The notes under the pieces are model-generated. The model had not been told where the DNA came from, did no database searches, and saw only the letters and a list, made by a program, of their open reading frames with translations. From an uncultured delta proteobacterium (GTDB taxonomy: Bacteria; Desulfobacterota; RBG-13-43-22), in contig CAWJJC010000011.1 in NCBI GenBank assembly GCA_963843145.1, positions 1 through 64,000 of the forward strand: DNA of 64,000 nt. The letters run 5' to 3'. This document shows, piece by piece, positions 60,641-64,000 of this stretch (its first letter is position 1; the number at the start of each line of letters is the position of its first letter). The translations under genes were made by a program, and so were the position numbers.

Positions 60641-60960
60641 AGACGCTTCGCCCTTTTGGGTGGGTACCCCCGCCTATCTGGTATGGCCGCCGGCTCTCAT
60701 CGAAAGGGTTTTCCAAAGGTACTCCGGACTTCGAACCCGGGCCAAAGCAACTAATTTTATTTAAAGTAGGCCCATACTCATAGACTATGGACGCCTGCCA
60801 AGCCAGCCCTACCTCCTTAAAAATTTGAAAGTACGGGGGCCGGGATGGAACCTAAAAAGCAAGCTGGAAAACCCTTTCGATGAGACCCGGCGGCCACAAA
60901 GGTTCGATTTCAGACTAAGCTACCCTAGCTTGTAGCTACCCACCCAAAAGGGCGAACAAC
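60641..60960. repeat. Nested inverted-repeat element, copy 2
   Basis: Outer IR TTCGCCCTTTTGGGTGGGTA / TACCCACCCAAAAGGGCGAA; inner IR 60686-60715 / 60865-60894. Confidence 0.9.
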
Positions 60961-61013
60961 CAATAGAATACTGTTCTAATCTACAATCTTTATACCATTC
61001 TTTTAACTGATGA

Positions 61014-61288
61014 ATGCGGAAATTAAGACATTTCATCGAAAGAGCGGTTATTCTGTCGGACGGCCAGCGAATCAGCTTCTCCGGCCTGGATCACGTCCCG
61101 GCCCACCAGGACTTTAGCGAACCGGGCGGGCTGCTGCCCTGGGCCGAGATGGAGCGCGTGATTATCTGGAAAAGGTCTTGCAGGCCACTCATTGGAAAGT
61201 CAGCGGGGGAAATGGGGCCGCCGCCGTCCTCGGCTTGAAGCCGACCACGCTGTTTTTTCGGATGAAAAAACTCGGTTTGCACAAATAG
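61014..61288 (+). pseudogene. C-terminal remnant of a sigma54-dependent (NtrC/FhlA) activator
   Basis: RKLRHFIERAVILS, then after a frameshift GAAAVLGLKPTTLFFRMKKLG (Fis-type HTH). Confidence 0.85.
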
Positions 61289-61362
61289 ACAAATTAGAGA
61301 GAGGCCGGGCCGTCTCTGAACCCTGCCGCTGGCGAAAGGAAAGCCCCTCTTAATAATCCGCA

Positions 61363-61989
61363 TCATCCTATCCACTCTTTACAGAGGTTGACCGCGGCGA
61401 TGGCGTCGCGACCGTAGGCGTCGGCTTTTACATAGTGCCGGATCTCTTCGTCGATCTGCCCGCCGCCGATCATGATCTTTACCTTCTTCCTTAACCCCGC
61501 CGCCTCGAGGGCCTCGATGGTCTGCTTCATGGAATCGAAGGCCAAGGTCAGGAAGGCGCTCAAGCCCACCACCTGGGGCTGAAACTCTCGGGTCTTCTCG
61601 ACCACTGTTTCAATCGGCACATCGATCCCCAGGTCGAGCACTTCGTAGCCGCTCACCTCCAGCATGAAGGTGACGATGTCCTTGCCGATATCGTGGATGT
61701 CCCCCTCGACGGTAGCAATAATCACCCGGCCTTTTTTGGGACCTTCCTCGCCCTGGGTCAGCAGCGGCTTGACTATTCCCGAGATGGCCGTCAGGATCTC
61801 GCCGGCCATGACCAGGTCCGGGATGAAGTACTCGTAGGTTTCAAACCGTTTTCCCACGATCTCCATGGCCGCCCGGGCGGCGGCCAGGATCTCCAGGGGA
61901 TCCGTTTTCGCGGCTACCAGTTCCTTGACGCGTCCCAGGGTTTCCTCTTCCTTCAGGTCGGCCATCAGGTCTATCATTTTTTGGTCCAT
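61363..61989 (-). CDS. Corrinoid (B12-binding) protein
   Basis: VGKRFE..EYFIPDL, GDIHDIGK, VVGLS, IMIGG. Confidence 0.95.
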   Translation of the reverse strand: MDQKMIDLMADLKEEETLGRVKELVAAKTDPLEILAAARAAMEIVGKRFETYEYFIPDLVMAGEILTAISGIVKPLLTQGEEGPKKGRVIIATVEGDIHDIGKDIVTFMLEVSGYEVLDLGIDVPIETVVEKTREFQPQVVGLSAFLTLAFDSMKQTIEALEAAGLRKKVKIMIGGGQIDEEIRHYVKADAYGRDAIAAVNLCKEWIG

Positions 61990-62114
61990 GCCTTGCCTCC
62001 ATCTCGTTAATCCGTTACCGGACGGGTAATCGTTTCGTAAAAAATAACCGGTGGATCCGCTTCGCTTGATCCGCCCTACGTCTGCGCAATTAAATAGTAA
62101 GTCCGGACGGCCCG

Positions 62115-63455
62115 TTAACTCCGATACACTCCGTATTCTTTGCTGAAATCAACCATGGCGTGGAGGGTGTCCGCCCGTCCTTCATCCATGGCGGTCCCCA
62201 AAGACATAATATAGCCGCCGCCCTTCCCGGCGGTATCGATCAGGTTCCGGCAGTAGTCCTTCACCTTTTCCGGGGTTCCCACCAGGATCAGCCCGGACGG
62301 TACGTTGCCGCCAATACAGAGGCGGTCCCCCAGAACTTCCTTGGCCCGAGACATGTCCGTCCGGTCGAAGATCCACAGGCAGGAACCTTTGGGGAGTTCC
62401 TTCAGGTATTCCAACCGGGTGTTATACGATCCTTCACAGAATAAAAAGGGCACACAGCCTTCCTCGGCTAGACCGAGTATCACCGCTTTCAGGGAAGGCC
62501 AGTAGAATTTCTTGAATTGGGCATCGGACATGAATCCGTCGGCCCCTTTATGCAGCGGCATAAACACGACGGGATTCTTGTTCATGGTGGCCGCGTTCAA
62601 CCCCTGTTTAATGGCCAGGGGGGTAAGCCGCTCGACGGCCTTTAGAACCATCTCGGGCTGCCGGTACAAGTCCAACATGATCCCCTTGGTGCCCCGGAGG
62701 GTATCGGAAAGGATATCATAGGGGGCTTTAGAGGCCCCGCCGAAACAACTGGGAACCCCCAGACCCCGGGCCGCCATTTCAAAACCCATCATTTTCTCGA
62801 TCCAGGCCATGGCTAGGTTCCCGGCCTCAATGAGGGCCTTCAGTGCCCCCTGGACCGGGGGAATGCCGAAGGGGATCATCTGCAAGGAGACCAGGACGAT
62901 TTCCCACAAATCCGGGAAAGGAGACAGGTGCGATAGAGGTTCCAACGCTCCAAAGACCCGGGGCATCCAGGTTCTCAACCAAAAATCCGAAGGGTCGTCG
63001 ATCAGGGCCGGATAATCATCCGCCGTCATGTAATTCCCCTCCACGTATTGATAGCCGGATTCCTTGCTGAGCCCGTGACCGGGCCACTTATATTGCTTGA
63101 GGGCCAGGGTTTCATAAATCTTGCCGGAACCGATCAAGGCCGGAGTCACGTAATAATCGGGCCGAAAGTCCTTAACAAACTGAAGGCAGGTCGCCGCCAG
63201 TTTGTCCGGATCGTACATGGCTTCATAGGGGGTCACGCCGTACAGGTGGGTCGGCATGAATGTACCCAGCAACAGGACCGGCACCCGGTCCGGGGTTTTT
63301 TCCCGCAGCAGGGCATCCTTAAACCGGATGACCGCCGCCTGATAGGTAGCTTCGTCCTCCGGTTTCTGGAAAGTTACGCCTTCGGCCGCCAGCCAGGTTG
63401 AAAAACGTATTTCTCTCTTTTCAGGACCCGATAGCTCCCGCCATTCCTTTTCCAT
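62115..63455 (-). CDS. UroD/MtaA-CmuA family methyltransferase-like protein
   Basis: PDRVP, KWPGHG, APYD..D.LRG, FMPLH, GNVP, GGGYIM. Confidence 0.9.
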   Translation of the reverse strand: MEKEWRELSGPEKREIRFSTWLAAEGVTFQKPEDEATYQAAVIRFKDALLREKTPDRVPVLLLGTFMPTHLYGVTPYEAMYDPDKLAATCLQFVKDFRPDYYVTPALIGSGKIYETLALKQYKWPGHGLSKESGYQYVEGNYMTADDYPALIDDPSDFWLRTWMPRVFGALEPLSHLSPFPDLWEIVLVSLQMIPFGIPPVQGALKALIEAGNLAMAWIEKMMGFEMAARGLGVPSCFGGASKAPYDILSDTLRGTKGIMLDLYRQPEMVLKAVERLTPLAIKQGLNAATMNKNPVVFMPLHKGADGFMSDAQFKKFYWPSLKAVILGLAEEGCVPFLFCEGSYNTRLEYLKELPKGSCLWIFDRTDMSRAKEVLGDRLCIGGNVPSGLILVGTPEKVKDYCRNLIDTAGKGGGYIMSLGTAMDEGRADTLHAMVDFSKEYGVYRS

Positions 63456-63584
63456 AAATTATGCCCTCCTGTTCCGTTTTAGCCCGCGCTGCCGGGTACA
63501 GCTTCCGCAAGCCTCGGGCCTGATTTATTATTGATCCAACCGGTCCTCAGGTCTGAATTAATCCTCCTTTAGCTTGGCCAGGGG

Positions 63585-64000
63585 TTATCCGGTCTGGGCC
63601 CGCCTTTTGAGCTCCCTTTTCAGGAGCTTGCCGGCCGGGCTTTTGGGCAACTCGGCCACAGCCACAAATTCTTTGGGCACCTTAAAGGGTGATAAGCGGG
63701 TTTTCAGGAAAGACTTCAAGGCCTCGGCCTCAATGGTGTCTCCGGGCTTGGGAACGATAAAGGCGGTCACCCGCTCCCCCCACTCCGGATCCGGCAGGCC
63801 GATGACGGCGCATTCCTCCACCGACGGATGCTGGTAGAGCACTTCTTCCACCTCCCGGGGATAGACGTTTTCCCCCCCGGTAATGACCATATCCTTCAGC
63901 CGGTCAACGAGGAAAAGGTAGCCCTCTTCGTTGAAGACCCCGACATCTCCGGACCGCAGCCAGTCTCCCTCCCAGAAGGCCGCTCGGGTCCCTTCCGGAT
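63585..64000 (-). CDS. AMP-dependent acyl-CoA ligase, 3' part (runs off the window)
   Basis: WLRSGD, DRLKDMVITGGENVYP, PKSPAGK. Confidence 0.92.
   Translation of the reverse strand, partial: PEGTRAAFWEGDWLRSGDVGVFNEEGYLFLVDRLKDMVITGGENVYPREVEEVLYQHPSVEECAVIGLPDPEWGERVTAFIVPKPGDTIEAEALKSFLKTRLSPFKVPKEFVAVAELPKSPAGKLLKRELKRRAQTG

Noticed and set aside
60641-61400. Cobalamin riboswitch near the corrinoid genes
   Set aside because: No B12-box or GCCACTG-type motifs seen
55400-62000. Duplicated segment as a diversity-generating retroelement TR/VR pair
   Set aside because: Differences are mostly synonymous rather than adenine-specific, the whole gene is duplicated, and no reverse transcriptase is present
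53814-63455. hemE (true uroporphyrinogen decarboxylase) for the two UroD-fold genes
   Set aside because: No MRQAGR motif, and both are coupled to corrinoid protein genes

Overview
The window looks like DNA from an anaerobic deltaproteobacterium (Desulfobacterota/Syntrophales-like; inferred from gene content only) and has three zones. (1) 1-13.3 kb is a defence island: a type I restriction-modification locus (hsdS, hsdR, YgjP/M48 gene; hsdM not in the window) with a SIR2-HerA pair, a stray divergent hsdR 5' end, Fic remnants and a REP-associated tyrosine transposase inserted between hsdS and hsdR, followed by two MNT genes whose HEPN partners are deleted. Many of these genes carry single-base frameshifts, which may be assembly errors. 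(2) 13.4-33 kb is an accessory zone: an IclR-regulated xanthine-dehydrogenase-family enzyme, two VapBC-type TA pairs, an apparent integrase-less array of integron-like cassettes with decayed attC sites (including HNH and HEPN-motif proteins), many gene remnants, an alkyl sulfatase and a CoA-transferase with a long terminator-containing leader. (3) 33-64 kb holds minus-strand anaerobic catabolic operons: LIV-type ABC transporters, CoA ligases, acyl-CoA dehydrogenases, enoyl-CoA hydratase, a flavin oxidoreductase, a 4-hydroxybenzoyl-CoA-reductase-like molybdoenzyme and two UroD-family methyltransferase/corrinoid modules plus a pterin-binding methyltransferase. The most unusual signal is a ~320-bp nested-palindrome element present twice (50.36 kb and 60.64 kb) whose core is flipped relative to its outer arms between the copies. 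No rRNA, tRNA or CRISPR array was seen. All assignments are by eye from motifs; no database search was run.
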